From NCBI GenBank assembly GCA_965248265.1, contig CBDFJF010000002.1, positions 384,001 to 448,000 on the forward strand: DNA of 64,000 bases, written 5' to 3'. This DNA is from Candidatus Latescibacterota bacterium (GTDB lineage: Bacteria > Latescibacterota > UBA2968 > UBA8231). A program made the translations under genes and the position numbers. This document shows, piece by piece, positions 9,165 through 18,753 of the stretch (its first letter is position 1; each line of letters opens with the position of its first letter). The notes below the pieces were generated by a model. The model had not been told where the DNA came from. It saw only the letters and a list, made by a program, of their open reading frames with translations, and searched no databases.

Positions 9165-10724
9165 CTACTTGACGAACACCATGCGTTGGATTCGCTGCAA
9201 CCCCCTTGCCTTGAGCCGGAGGAGATACACCCCAGCAGCCACCGCTCGACTGTCGTCGTCAACACCACGCCAAGTAGCTTCGTAGGTGCCTGGAGGCAAA
9301 TGGTCCTCCAATAGCGAGCTGACCTGCTGGCCGGCGAGATTCAGGACCTCCAGCTGCGCGAAACCCTGATCTGCAAGGCCAAAGCATATTTTTGCCGACG
9401 AATTGAACGGATTGGGAAATGGGGGCTGTATCCACAATTTGCTCTCCGCAACCTCACTGCGCACGATAGGTGCGTCTTCATCGAGGACTGCCCGGAAATA
9501 CCTCACCTGGTTCATGTCATCGGCAGTACGCACGAAGTAGAGCCCTTCGAGTGTTTCGGTCACCGTCGTCGAGCCGCGGTCAGCCGTCAGAAACAGGCGC
9601 CCATCGTTGAACCAACCATCCGAGCGAATCCCGAGTGAAACGGGCCTTTGCGCCAGATCGCCATTGGCAGCCAGCGGTGCCACCTGCACATCGGTGCGCC
9701 GAGGCAGTACGGCGTAGACGGTGCCAGCGGGAGACTCCCACAGCCGGCCCAGACCAAAGTCCCCCGATTGGCCAAGCTGGATGTGAGTCAGCGGTCCACC
9801 CGGTGGGCCGAAGGCATGCATGCAGCGGTCGCCTCTGAAGTCATCCTCAACGTCACGAGTACGGTACAGCAAGTGAATTTTATCACCGTTTCTGGTCAAA
9901 AGGATGTCATCGTTGTGGACCCTGTCGGCCGTAAGCTCGACGTTGGCGATCTCCGTGCGAGCGAACGGCACTGAGGTGACATCTGGGGTGTAGAAATACT
10001 GCAGGTTGCGGAAGGAGTAAACGAAGTCGACACCCGCCTCGATTTTATCCGGGTCTGCGATGTCGGACGTGGTGAATACGTGGGCGGCCTGTCCTGAAAG
10101 CACGACGAAGGGGTAGGCCTGACGGTCAAAACCAGAAGGAGACTCGGGTACTTCCGGATGTTCGGAAACGAGGCCGGCGCGCCAGCCGTTAAGGTCGCCG
10201 ATGGCGAAGGTGCTACGAGGATAGGGTGAGGCTACGACCAGAAAATCACCTTCGCCGCTGACACTGGCACCCGCATAGGGCCAAAGGTCATTGTAGGGCG
10301 ATTCTGGATTGTCAATGACTGGATCGTCGTCGCCTGCAGTAAATCGGTAGCGCGTGAAGAGTCCACCCGGCCAGGCGAACACGTGCAGCGTGCCGTCATT
10401 GTCTGCCAATAGGGAAGGAGGCTGGTTCAGCTCCTGCTCTCGCGGACTGGTCCACATTCGGCGCCAGCTGCCGTTGCTCTGGCGTTCGTACAGAGTCCAT
10501 TGCTGCGCGAATACTTCGTCCCACGGCTCAAGCAAAGCGCAAAACAGCGAGCCTCCGGTGTTGACGATGATGGACTGATGATAACCCCACACCGTGGCCG
10601 TGTTGCCGGGGAATGACTGAACTTCGGTGATTGGTTCCGTCGTAACCGTCCATGGATTCACCGCAGCCGCGGCTGTTGCCACGAGTCCACAGTACAGGAT
10701 CGTCAGCTGGCATACCCGACGCAT
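9165..10724 (-). CDS. Secreted protein with C-terminal FlgD-Ig/T9SS-like domain (start approximate)
   Basis: Signal-like MRRVCQLTILYCGLVATAAA; C-terminus FPNPFNSS...WRGVDDDSRAVAAGVYLLRL. Confidence 0.75.
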   Translation of the reverse strand: MRRVCQLTILYCGLVATAAAAVNPWTVTTEPITEVQSFPGNTATVWGYHQSIIVNTGGSLFCALLEPWDEVFAQQWTLYERQSNGSWRRMWTSPREQELNQPPSLLADNDGTLHVFAWPGGLFTRYRFTAGDDDPVIDNPESPYNDLWPYAGASVSGEGDFLVVASPYPRSTFAIGDLNGWRAGLVSEHPEVPESPSGFDRQAYPFVVLSGQAAHVFTTSDIADPDKIEAGVDFVYSFRNLQYFYTPDVTSVPFARTEIANVELTADRVHNDDILLTRNGDKIHLLYRTRDVEDDFRGDRCMHAFGPPGGPLTHIQLGQSGDFGLGRLWESPAGTVYAVLPRRTDVQVAPLAANGDLAQRPVSLGIRSDGWFNDGRLFLTADRGSTTVTETLEGLYFVRTADDMNQVRYFRAVLDEDAPIVRSEVAESKLWIQPPFPNPFNSSAKICFGLADQGFAQLEVLNLAGQQVSSLLEDHLPPGTYEATWRGVDDDSRAVAAGVYLLRLKARGLQRIQRMVFVK

Positions 10725-10829
10725 GGGGCTTGTCATTGATCGACCGGGGAATCCTCGCTGTTTCGCTGAATCGTCTCCATGTCCCACATCCGCCACAGGC
10801 TATCCGCTGAGGCGGAATCCGACGCCGGG

Positions 10830-11348
10830 TTAGCTCAGCAATCCCTTCAAGGCGCTCAACGCCGCATCGTAGTCGGGTTCCTCGGTCACCTCCGGCACGA
10901 TCTGGCCGTAGACGACCTTGCCGCTGGCATCGAGGACGTAGACGGCACGCGCCATGATCTTGAGTTCCTCGATCAGCGTGCCCCAGTCTTCACCAAACTT
11001 GCGGTCCTTGTAGTCGCTTCCCACGCGCATGTCGATATCTTCAGCGCCGCAGAAGCGTGCCTGCGCGAAGGGCAAGTCGCAGCTGACGGTCAGAGCGTTG
11101 ACCTGATCGCCCAGAGCGGAGAGATCCTGGTTGAAGCGTTTTGTCTGGATGGCGCACACAGGTGTATCCAACGAAGGCACGACGCTGACGATCGACGGTT
11201 TGCCAGTCAGATCGGCGAGGCTGAGGGTATGAAGGCCGTCAGCGAAGTAGGACAAGGTGAAGTCAGGGGCTTGCTGCCCGACGGTCAACTCGTCACCAAC
11301 TAGCGTAAGCGGTCCTCCTTTGAACGTTACTGCGCCTGCACGTGCCAT
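10830..11348 (-). CDS. tpx: Thiol peroxidase (atypical 2-Cys peroxiredoxin)
   Basis: Motifs VPSLDTPVCAIQTKRFN, DLPFAQARFC, EPDYDAAL. Confidence 0.95.
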   Translation of the reverse strand: MARAGAVTFKGGPLTLVGDELTVGQQAPDFTLSYFADGLHTLSLADLTGKPSIVSVVPSLDTPVCAIQTKRFNQDLSALGDQVNALTVSCDLPFAQARFCGAEDIDMRVGSDYKDRKFGEDWGTLIEELKIMARAVYVLDASGKVVYGQIVPEVTEEPDYDAALSALKGLLS

Positions 11349-11439
11349 GAATTCTCACTTTCTATGTTATTAACTGACATTGTGGTTTTATACACGGACA
11401 TTGTGGGACTTGATTGGGTAATTCAGGATCGGACGGCAA

Positions 11440-12300
11440 TCAACGCCGGCGGATAAATTTTTGCACTCGTTGATCGGTTTGCACCTCGCTGACATACAGA
11501 TCTCCGTTGCTGTCAGTCCAGATGCCGTGAGGGCAGCCCAGGAACTCACCGGGCTCGTCCAATCTCTCGCCCTTGCCCCAACGACACAGCAGCTCGCCCT
11601 TAAGGTTGAATATGCTGACGCGCTGTTCCAACTCAGCCACATAGACGATGCCATCTTCGTCGATATGGATGGTGTCGGGTTGAATCACGTCGTTCCACTC
11701 GCTCAGGTAGTTCCCCTCCGTGTCGAAAAACTGGATGCGGTCGTTGCCACGGTCGCAGACCATCAGGCGGTCGTCGGGGTCAACGCGGATGTTGTGAGGG
11801 GTGTCAAATTCTCCGGGGCCGGTGCCTTTACTGCCCCACGATTTGATGCGTTCACCACTGGCGTTGTACTTGTGAATGCGCTCGTTTTCGTAGCCGTCAC
11901 AGATGTACATATCTCCCTTGGAGTCGAAGGCGATATCGGTGGGTTGGCGGAAAGGCTCCCCGACTTCGGCTCGCTCTCCAGGTGTGCCCAGGGTCATTTC
12001 CAGCTCGCCGGCTGCATTGAACTGACGCATACAATGGGCTTCGCGCTCGACACAGAACACCCGATCCTGTTCGTCGATCAAGATGCCGTGCGCGTCGACG
12101 AGGACATCCTCGCCCCACGATTCCACGAAATGTCCATCTGAGTCGAGGAGGACGAGAGGGTGTTCGCTGCGATTGTACACATAAACCCGATCCTTCGAAT
12201 CGACAGCGACGGCGGCAACCCAGCCCAGTTTCCAGCCCTCTGGGTATGAGCCCCATCCTTGTGCCACTTCGAACGTGAAATCTCCCTGCCCGACGATCAT
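11440..12300 (-). CDS. NHL-repeat beta-propeller (peptidyl-alpha-hydroxyglycine lyase-like)
   Basis: Repeated units PTDIAFD, GPGEFDTPHNI, DRGNDRIQFF, PHGIWTD. Confidence 0.85.
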   Translation of the reverse strand: MIVGQGDFTFEVAQGWGSYPEGWKLGWVAAVAVDSKDRVYVYNRSEHPLVLLDSDGHFVESWGEDVLVDAHGILIDEQDRVFCVEREAHCMRQFNAAGELEMTLGTPGERAEVGEPFRQPTDIAFDSKGDMYICDGYENERIHKYNASGERIKSWGSKGTGPGEFDTPHNIRVDPDDRLMVCDRGNDRIQFFDTEGNYLSEWNDVIQPDTIHIDEDGIVYVAELEQRVSIFNLKGELLCRWGKGERLDEPGEFLGCPHGIWTDSNGDLYVSEVQTDQRVQKFIRRR

Positions 12301-12438
12301 GGTGATCCCCTCGATGTGTTATCTGCACTATTGGGTGTTGTCGATTCCGAAATTGAAGTATGCGCAAAGATTGATGGTTGGTCGAGGATGGAGACTGCAT
12401 CCTATGGGGACGACACACATCCTCGTGGCCGGCCACTG

Positions 12439-12467
12439 TTGACGGATCCCTCCCGTTCGGATAGTAT
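12439..12467 (+). promoter_or_regulatory. Sigma70-type promoter
   Basis: TTGACG-N17-TAGTAT upstream of the dehydrogenase. Confidence 0.5.
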
Positions 12468-12532
12468 GCCCCGCCACTGGAACTCCTCATCCATCTGAAT
12501 ACGCTCATCTGAACATCATGCACCACAGGGAG

Positions 12533-13552
12533 ATGACATACATGCTCAACATCGGGATTTCACGTGACACACTGGTAATTCGAGAGGGCTTCGGTGTTGA
12601 CAGCCTGGATGATGAGGCCTTCGTCAGTTGGAGATTCCTCGACGATGATACAATCGAGATGAGGCCGGCGGATATCACGTCGCTGGACGCCCTGTTGCTG
12701 GGCGGAACCAGGGTTACACCGGCGACCCTGGATGGCAACGAGCAACTTGCTCTCATCACCCGGTTTGGGGCCGGGTACGACCGCGTCGATTTGGAGGCCT
12801 GCACCAACAACGCGGTCATCGTAGCCAATACACCGCTCGCTGTGAAGAGGCCGGTGGCGGCGATGGCGGCCATGTTCATTCTGGCTCTTGGCCACGACGT
12901 AGCCAACCTGGATCGCCTGGTACGCGCCGGAACCTGGCCCACATCTGAGGGTAAGCGTGGGATCGGACTTGTCGGTCGTACCCTCGGTCTGCTGGGGCTG
13001 GGGAGTATCGGTCAAGAGATCGTCAAACTGATGGCGCCCTTCGACATGCGGGTCGTGGCGTTCGATCCGTACGTCTCGCCAGATACCGCGTCGGCGGCAA
13101 GCGTCGAGCTCGGCGATCTCGAAACGGTTCTGGCTCAAGCCGACTTCGTCTGTGTCAGCTGCACTCTCACCGAGGAGACGCGGAATCTTCTCGATTCGTC
13201 TGCGATAGGACTGATGAAACCGAGCAGCTTTGTCATCAACGTTGCCCGTGGGCCCATCATCAATCAACGGGCGCTCACCGAGGCGCTGAAGAACGGTAAG
13301 ATTCGCGGGGCCGGTCTCGATGTCTTCGAGGCCGAGCCCATCGACCCGAATGATCCGTTGCTGGCCTTGGACAACGTCATCGTCACGCCTCATCAGGCAT
13401 GCATGTCCGATCAGTGTGCCCATGACATTGGCAGACAGACGATGGACACGGCGCTGGGGTTACGCTCGGGCAAGCTCCCCGACAGCATCATCAACCGAGA
13501 AGTGTTGGACGATCCCAGGCTGCAGGAGAAACTGCGTCGATTGAGCGGTTGA
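12533..13552 (+). CDS. D-isomer-specific 2-hydroxyacid dehydrogenase (start approximate)
   Basis: Motifs GAGYDRVD, GLLGLGSIG, INVARG, GLDVFEAEP, TPH. Confidence 0.92.
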   Translation: MTYMLNIGISRDTLVIREGFGVDSLDDEAFVSWRFLDDDTIEMRPADITSLDALLLGGTRVTPATLDGNEQLALITRFGAGYDRVDLEACTNNAVIVANTPLAVKRPVAAMAAMFILALGHDVANLDRLVRAGTWPTSEGKRGIGLVGRTLGLLGLGSIGQEIVKLMAPFDMRVVAFDPYVSPDTASAASVELGDLETVLAQADFVCVSCTLTEETRNLLDSSAIGLMKPSSFVINVARGPIINQRALTEALKNGKIRGAGLDVFEAEPIDPNDPLLALDNVIVTPHQACMSDQCAHDIGRQTMDTALGLRSGKLPDSIINREVLDDPRLQEKLRRLSG

Positions 13553-13734
13553 GACGCCGTCGGCCGGCGCTGTGGCATTCGGCGACAAGTGATGGAGGCA
13601 GAATTCGATGGATCCATCGACAGGATCGACGGGAACTTCCGTCCAGTGCATCAGGCGTCGAGAACGCGAATCTCATAGATTCGCCGACATTGCCTTACTT
13701 CAGGAACAAACCGAATCAACTATCAAGGTCGGCG

Positions 13735-14823
13735 ATGAAGACCATTCGAATCATCCTGGAGCGGCGAGCCTGGCTGGCAAACACGGCCTTGCTCCTCTTC
13801 GGCCTGGTAGCCGGACTCGGATCGGCCGAGCTGCTGCTGCGCCTCTTTGATTCCGAAGACAATGTGCGCACAACCGCAGCGCTGGATATCTACGCCCCGA
13901 GCGAGTGTTGTGGAATTGCCCTCAAGCCGAACCTGTCGCGAGCCACATTCTGGAACGGCAAGAAGGTCTACATCGAGACGGACGACGAGGGACGACGGGT
14001 ACCGCACCGTGGCGTCGCGCCAATAGACGCGGAACGACCGTCAATTATTTTTTGCGGTGACTCGTACACCTTCGGCAACGAAGAAAACGCGGGCGACACG
14101 TTCCCTTATCTGGTCGGGACCGAGAGCAAGCGCCACACCATCAACCTGGGGGTGGGCAGTTACTCTACGTTTCAGGAAGTTTCCTCGCTCGAAAACTATC
14201 TCCGTCTCCACGGCAACGATTCAGTCGACCAGGTTTACCTGTGTTTCTTCGTCGGCAACGACTTCACCGACAACCTGCCGGGACGGGAACAACTCGAGAT
14301 CGACGGCCAGGGCCGCATTCGCCTCGGCAGATCGGAAGCCGCTGACTGGCTGCGACAATTCGTCTACGACAGCCGCTTGCTGTCCCTCGTCGTCTTGAGA
14401 TTGCGCACGGCGTACCTGAATCTCAGTTACAGGTTCACGACCTCGAGCCGGCCGTCCCTGTATGCCTCAACGTTCTACACCAGAGAGGTCGTGGATCATA
14501 CCCGGCGAGCATTGGAGAGGTTCAGCGACATATGTGCGGCCAATGAGCTCGACGCCGCTGTACTGATCATCCCTGACAAAGACCAGGTCTACAAGCCGTT
14601 CGCCAATGAGCAGGACCGGCATTGGCCCAATCGGGTGCTGAGCGGGCTTCTCGATGAGTTGCATGTTCCGCATGTCGACGCGCTGCCCCATTTTCTTCGG
14701 TCAAGCCAATCCGCAGCTGTTACGCTGTACAACATGACCCAGGCGGGGCATCTTTCGGTTCGCGGTCATCGAGTGGTGGCACAGATACTCCGGGACTTCG
14801 AGCAGGCGAGGCGAACCGAGTAA
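13735..14823 (+). CDS. Membrane-anchored SGNH/GDSL hydrolase
   Basis: N-terminal TM helix; GDSYTFG, NLGV, GND, GHLS. Confidence 0.8.
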   Translation: MKTIRIILERRAWLANTALLLFGLVAGLGSAELLLRLFDSEDNVRTTAALDIYAPSECCGIALKPNLSRATFWNGKKVYIETDDEGRRVPHRGVAPIDAERPSIIFCGDSYTFGNEENAGDTFPYLVGTESKRHTINLGVGSYSTFQEVSSLENYLRLHGNDSVDQVYLCFFVGNDFTDNLPGREQLEIDGQGRIRLGRSEAADWLRQFVYDSRLLSLVVLRLRTAYLNLSYRFTTSSRPSLYASTFYTREVVDHTRRALERFSDICAANELDAAVLIIPDKDQVYKPFANEQDRHWPNRVLSGLLDELHVPHVDALPHFLRSSQSAAVTLYNMTQAGHLSVRGHRVVAQILRDFEQARRTE

Positions 14824-14941
14824 AGATTGTAACCAGGAGAGATTTACGGTCTCGAAGATCTGGGAGAGGCCGTGCACCGGGCGCTGGAAATTGGGAACAC
14901 GCTGATCTCCCGAAGCCCGGTCATTGGCCGGCCGGCATCAT

Positions 14942-15430
14942 TCAGTGATGATGATGGCCACCGGGCCCGTGAGCGTGTCCGTGGGACAATTCCTCTTCCG
15001 TCGCTGCCCGCACCTCCTCAACGCTGACATCGAAGTGCAGCACCTCACCAGCAAGCGGATGATTGCCGTCGACGGTGACCTCGTCCTCGGCCACGTCGGT
15101 GACGACGATGAGCTGGGTTTGACTATCTTCACCGGAAGCCTCGAATCGCATGCCGGGCTCGATATTGTCCACCGCTCCGAAGTCGCTGCGGGGCACGGTC
15201 TGGATGAGATCCTCATTGACCACACCATAACCATTTTCGGGTTGGATCGTGACGCTGAGTGAATCCCCCGCGCCCTTGCCGGCCAGCTCATTCTCGAGGC
15301 CGGGAATCAGATTGCCGGCGCCGTGCAGATAAACCAGAGGTTCACCATCATCGGATGAGTCGAGGATTTCTCCTGCGTCGTCGGTCAGTTTGTATTGGAT
15401 GGATACGACACAGTTCGCTGCGATCTTCAA
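14942..15430 (-). CDS. slyD: FKBP-type peptidyl-prolyl isomerase SlyD
   Basis: TTG start after AAGGA; YLHGAGNLIPGLE, DGNHPLAG, His-rich tail HGHAHGPGGHHHH. Confidence 0.92.
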   Translation of the reverse strand: MKIAANCVVSIQYKLTDDAGEILDSSDDGEPLVYLHGAGNLIPGLENELAGKGAGDSLSVTIQPENGYGVVNEDLIQTVPRSDFGAVDNIEPGMRFEASGEDSQTQLIVVTDVAEDEVTVDGNHPLAGEVLHFDVSVEEVRAATEEELSHGHAHGPGGHHHH

Positions 15431-15510
15431 GGTTTCTTCCTTTGTGGGAGGCGATTGGATGACGAGCGAGTGTGCGGAATACAGGTCCGTACCGCAACCG
15501 GCCAACCGGT

Positions 15511-15546
15511 AATAAAAGCCTCCCGAAGTCGCTGACTCCGAGAGGC
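15511..15546 (-). terminator. Intrinsic terminator of the 15575..16039 gene
   Basis: Minus strand GCCTCTCGGAGTC-AGC-GACTTCGGGAGGC (13 bp including G-U pairs), then TTTTATT. Confidence 0.75.
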
Positions 15547-15574
15547 CTGTTTTGGTTGGACGCCGGTCGGCGTC

Positions 15575-16039
15575 TCACTCCGCCGAGGCAAGCACCTCGA
15601 CGCCATCCAACACGTCAGTGATAGCGGGAGCCGGGTAGCACAACCGGACGATCCCCGGGAGCTCCTTTGCGTTCGAGCTGGTTGTCATTTCAAAGGCCAA
15701 CTGCAAGCAGGTATGGTACATCGGCATGCCCAGCGCGAAGGGATCGACTTGGGATTCGATCCTGGTGGTGCGAAGCTCGGCCAGGGGCCGCCAGGTTTGC
15801 TCCAAACCGGCCATCAGGTCCAGGAGGGCCTGCCAGCTGGAAAAGCCGTATTCACCGGCAAGCACCTGTTGCGCATGACGCAGTCCAAACGAGTCGGTTG
15901 CCGCAGCAGGCAGATCGGCAATCACGGCCTGCACACGCGCTACGGCCTCGGACTGACCGTCTTTGTGATCGTTGAGAAGCTGGCGAGCCTGCTTTTTGAG
16001 AACATCGAGATTGGGTTGGGGCGGGAGCTGACGTGACAT
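15575..16039 (-). CDS. Hypothetical protein with the N-terminal 'LPxxPNLxxLKKQAxxL...AQxxLAxEYGFxSW' domain often seen ahead of ankyrin/VOC domains
   Basis: MSRQLPPQPNLDVLKKQARQLL...LRHAQQVLAGEYGFSSW; GAAGGAAGG SD; own promoter and terminator. Confidence 0.75.
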   Translation of the reverse strand: MSRQLPPQPNLDVLKKQARQLLNDHKDGQSEAVARVQAVIADLPAAATDSFGLRHAQQVLAGEYGFSSWQALLDLMAGLEQTWRPLAELRTTRIESQVDPFALGMPMYHTCLQLAFEMTTSSNAKELPGIVRLCYPAPAITDVLDGVEVLASAE

Positions 16040-16165
16040 AGAACACCACCTTCCTTCACTAATGCCTGCTGTCCGCTCAGATCAGGCTGAAAGAAGGTCT
16101 ATGTATACTGCAGAAGGTGGGTTTAACCCTTGCCGCGGACTGGAGGCTCCCTTTGAGCACTGCCG
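16040..16165 (-). ncRNA. Candidate structured cis-regulatory leader RNA
   Basis: Complementary segments GUCCGC/GCGGAC, GGGUUAAACCC hairpin, GCCUG/CAGGC, and two anti-SD segments (CCACCUUC and ACCUUCUUUCA) matching UGAAGGAAGGUGG. Confidence 0.55.
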
Positions 16166-16167
16166 TC

Positions 16168-16196
16168 AATGTAGATATCGTGGTGACGGTGGACAA
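16168..16196 (-). promoter_or_regulatory. Sigma70-type promoter for the leader RNA and gene
   Basis: Minus strand TTGTCC-N17-TACATT. Confidence 0.5.
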
Positions 16197-16324
16197 GGTA
16201 AGAGTCAAAGGCTCATGCTCGATTGAGACAGGCAGCGGCGAAAGCAGCTGTGTCCACTGGACTTCCCGACCACCCACTCGATTTGTTATCTTTAACTCCC
16301 TGAGCAAGTTACGCAGGAAATCTG

Positions 16325-18664
16325 ATGGCGAAGAAATCACAAATGACGCAGGTCGGCAAGCGCAAGTTGGAGATCTCCAACCTGGACAAGCCGCTGTGGC
16401 CGGAAGACGGCATCGTCAAGGCCGAGCTGATCGAATACTACCTGAAGATCGCGCCGACAATTCTCCGTCACATCAAGGGCCGGCCGCTGTCCTTTGTGCG
16501 TTTTCCCGACGGCATTCACGGTGAAAGCTTCTTCCAGAAAAACAGGCCCGACTGGGCGCCGGCATGGCTGGAGCACGAGAAGGTCGGCGACGAGGACAGC
16601 GCTCTCGACTACGTCTTTGCCAGCGAAGAGGCCTCGATGGTGTGGATCGGCAATCACGCCTGCATCGAGCTGCATCAGATTCACGCGCGGCGGCCCCACT
16701 TCGACAAACCGGACTACATGGTCTTCGACCTCGATCCTCCGGAGGGATTTCCATTCCCTGACGTGGTCGAACTGGCATTCGAGTTGAAGGATCACGTCGA
16801 ATCCCACGGCTACCACACCTTCGCCAAGACCACGGGTCGCAAGGGTATCCACCTGGTTGTGCCGGTCGAGCCCAAGTGGTCATTCAGCGAGGTGTTTGAG
16901 ACTGCCAAGGCGATCGCCCAACCATTCGTGCGCTCCCACTCGTCTTCGACGACTCTGGCCATAAAGAAGGAGGCGCGAAAAGGGCGGGTTCTCGTTGACG
17001 TTTTCCGCAACCGTCCGGCGCAGACGATCGTCGCTCCCTACAGCGTGCGCGGATCTGCCGGCGCACCGGTGTCGATGCCGTTGACCTGGGAGGATCTGGA
17101 AGGTCTCGAGGACCCGCGCGAGTTCAATCTGCGCACGGTCTTTGACCGGGTCGTCTCCGAGGGCGATCCGTGGGAGGCACTGGCGGCGTACGCCGTGGCC
17201 CTGCACACCGAGCGCAAGGCGCCTGCCCGCAAGCGCGCCAGGACGAGCAAGTCGAGGACCTACAAGACCCCTGAACAACTGGAGGATTACGAGGCCAAGC
17301 GCGCCTTTGACAAGACGCCGGAGCCCAAGGCCGAGCTTGTCGGTGGGGGAGGTAATGCCTTCGTCGTCCACCGGCATCACGCCTCGCGTCTGCACTACGA
17401 TCTGCGCCTGGAAAAGGACGGGGCGCTACAGTCGTGGGCTATCCCGAAGGGTCTGCCACCACGTCCGGGTATCAAGCGCCTGGCGGTGAAGGTCGAGGAC
17501 CACCCGCTGGAGTACCTGACCTTCGAGGGCCGCATCCCCAAAGGGGAATATGGCGCTGGTCCGATGTGGGTCTACGCACACGGACGCTACGAGATCACCA
17601 AGGACAAGCCGGACAGCTTTTACTTTAGGCTGCAAAGCAAGGAACTGACGGCCGAATACCGGTTGATAAACACCAAGGGGAAGGATTGGCTGCTGGAGCG
17701 TCTCGACAGCCCGCAGGTCGACTGGTTGAACGACCAAATCGAGCCGATGCTGGCCGAAAGCCGGGATGAGCCACCTACCGGTGACGAATATGTCTACGAG
17801 GTGAAATGGGACGGCATTCGAGCCATGGTCGCTCTCGAGGAAGGGGAGATCCGCATTCGCACACGCAGCCAGCGCGATGTGACTACCTCATTTCCGGAGT
17901 TGCAGTCGGCGGAGCTCTTCCGCGGCGCCACAGGGCTGTTCGACGGCGAGATCGTCTGCCTGGATGATGCCGGCAAGCCGGTGTTCACGGATGTGATGGG
18001 GAGGCTCCAGGCCAAGGGGGAGCATGGCATCGCGCGATCGATGGGGCGCCATCCCGCGGTCTGTTACCTGTTCGATTGCCTCTACCTGGATGGCCGCCCG
18101 ATCGTCAATGAACCGATGATGCGCCGGCACGAGTGGCTGGAGAGTGCCATCAAGCCGGATGGGCCGTATCGAGCCAGTGAAGTGGTCGAGGAAGGGGGTC
18201 AGGAGCTGTTCGAGGCTGCCAAAACGATCGGGATCGAGGGGATCGTGGCAAAAACGAGGGACGGCTCGTATCTTCCGGGAAGGCGCAGCGACACCTGGCT
18301 CAAGGTCAAGGTGCGCCAGACTATGGAGTGCCAGGTTCTGGGCTATACCAGTGGAAAAGGGGACCGACTGAGCCACTTTGGTGCCCTGCATCTGGGGGTC
18401 TCAAACGGGGAAAACGGGGGCATCAAGTACCTGGGCAAGGTCGGTAACGGCTTCGACGACAAGTTGCTGAAGTCCATTCACTCGCAACTCAAAAAAGTCA
18501 AAGAGACCAAGCGCCAGATCAGCCAGAAACCAGCGGACGACGCTGAGACCACCTGGATCGAGCCCAACCTGATCTGCGAGGTGCAGTTCGCGTCGCTGAC
18601 GAACATGGGAACGCTGCGAGAGGCCGTGTTCCTGAGAATGCGACCTGACCTCGACGAATTCTAA
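16325..18664 (+). CDS. ligD: NHEJ DNA ligase D (POL-PE-LIG domain order)
   Basis: Primase-polymerase motifs SNLDKPLWP, VFDLDP, KTTGRKGIH; phosphoesterase HHASRLHYDLRLE; ligase EVKWDG, EGIVAK, WLKVK. Confidence 0.95.
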   Translation: MAKKSQMTQVGKRKLEISNLDKPLWPEDGIVKAELIEYYLKIAPTILRHIKGRPLSFVRFPDGIHGESFFQKNRPDWAPAWLEHEKVGDEDSALDYVFASEEASMVWIGNHACIELHQIHARRPHFDKPDYMVFDLDPPEGFPFPDVVELAFELKDHVESHGYHTFAKTTGRKGIHLVVPVEPKWSFSEVFETAKAIAQPFVRSHSSSTTLAIKKEARKGRVLVDVFRNRPAQTIVAPYSVRGSAGAPVSMPLTWEDLEGLEDPREFNLRTVFDRVVSEGDPWEALAAYAVALHTERKAPARKRARTSKSRTYKTPEQLEDYEAKRAFDKTPEPKAELVGGGGNAFVVHRHHASRLHYDLRLEKDGALQSWAIPKGLPPRPGIKRLAVKVEDHPLEYLTFEGRIPKGEYGAGPMWVYAHGRYEITKDKPDSFYFRLQSKELTAEYRLINTKGKDWLLERLDSPQVDWLNDQIEPMLAESRDEPPTGDEYVYEVKWDGIRAMVALEEGEIRIRTRSQRDVTTSFPELQSAELFRGATGLFDGEIVCLDDAGKPVFTDVMGRLQAKGEHGIARSMGRHPAVCYLFDCLYLDGRPIVNEPMMRRHEWLESAIKPDGPYRASEVVEEGGQELFEAAKTIGIEGIVAKTRDGSYLPGRRSDTWLKVKVRQTMECQVLGYTSGKGDRLSHFGALHLGVSNGENGGIKYLGKVGNGFDDKLLKSIHSQLKKVKETKRQISQKPADDAETTWIEPNLICEVQFASLTNMGTLREAVFLRMRPDLDEF

Positions 18665-18676
18665 CGAATTCATTTG

Positions 18677-18700
18677 CGAGTTCGACTCCTGTCGAACTCG
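18677..18700. repeat. Perfect hairpin between ligD and ku
   Basis: CGAGTTCGAC-TCCT-GTCGAACTCG. Confidence 0.7.
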
Positions 18701-18753
18701 TGACAGGTGACTCACCGTTAGAAGGGATTTTGCGTGACTAAAAGGAGTGAACC

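Noticed and set aside
16077-16524. Short ORFs 16077..16340 (-) and 16117..16524 (+)
   Set aside because: They overlap the promoter, leader RNA and ligD start and have no protein-like features.
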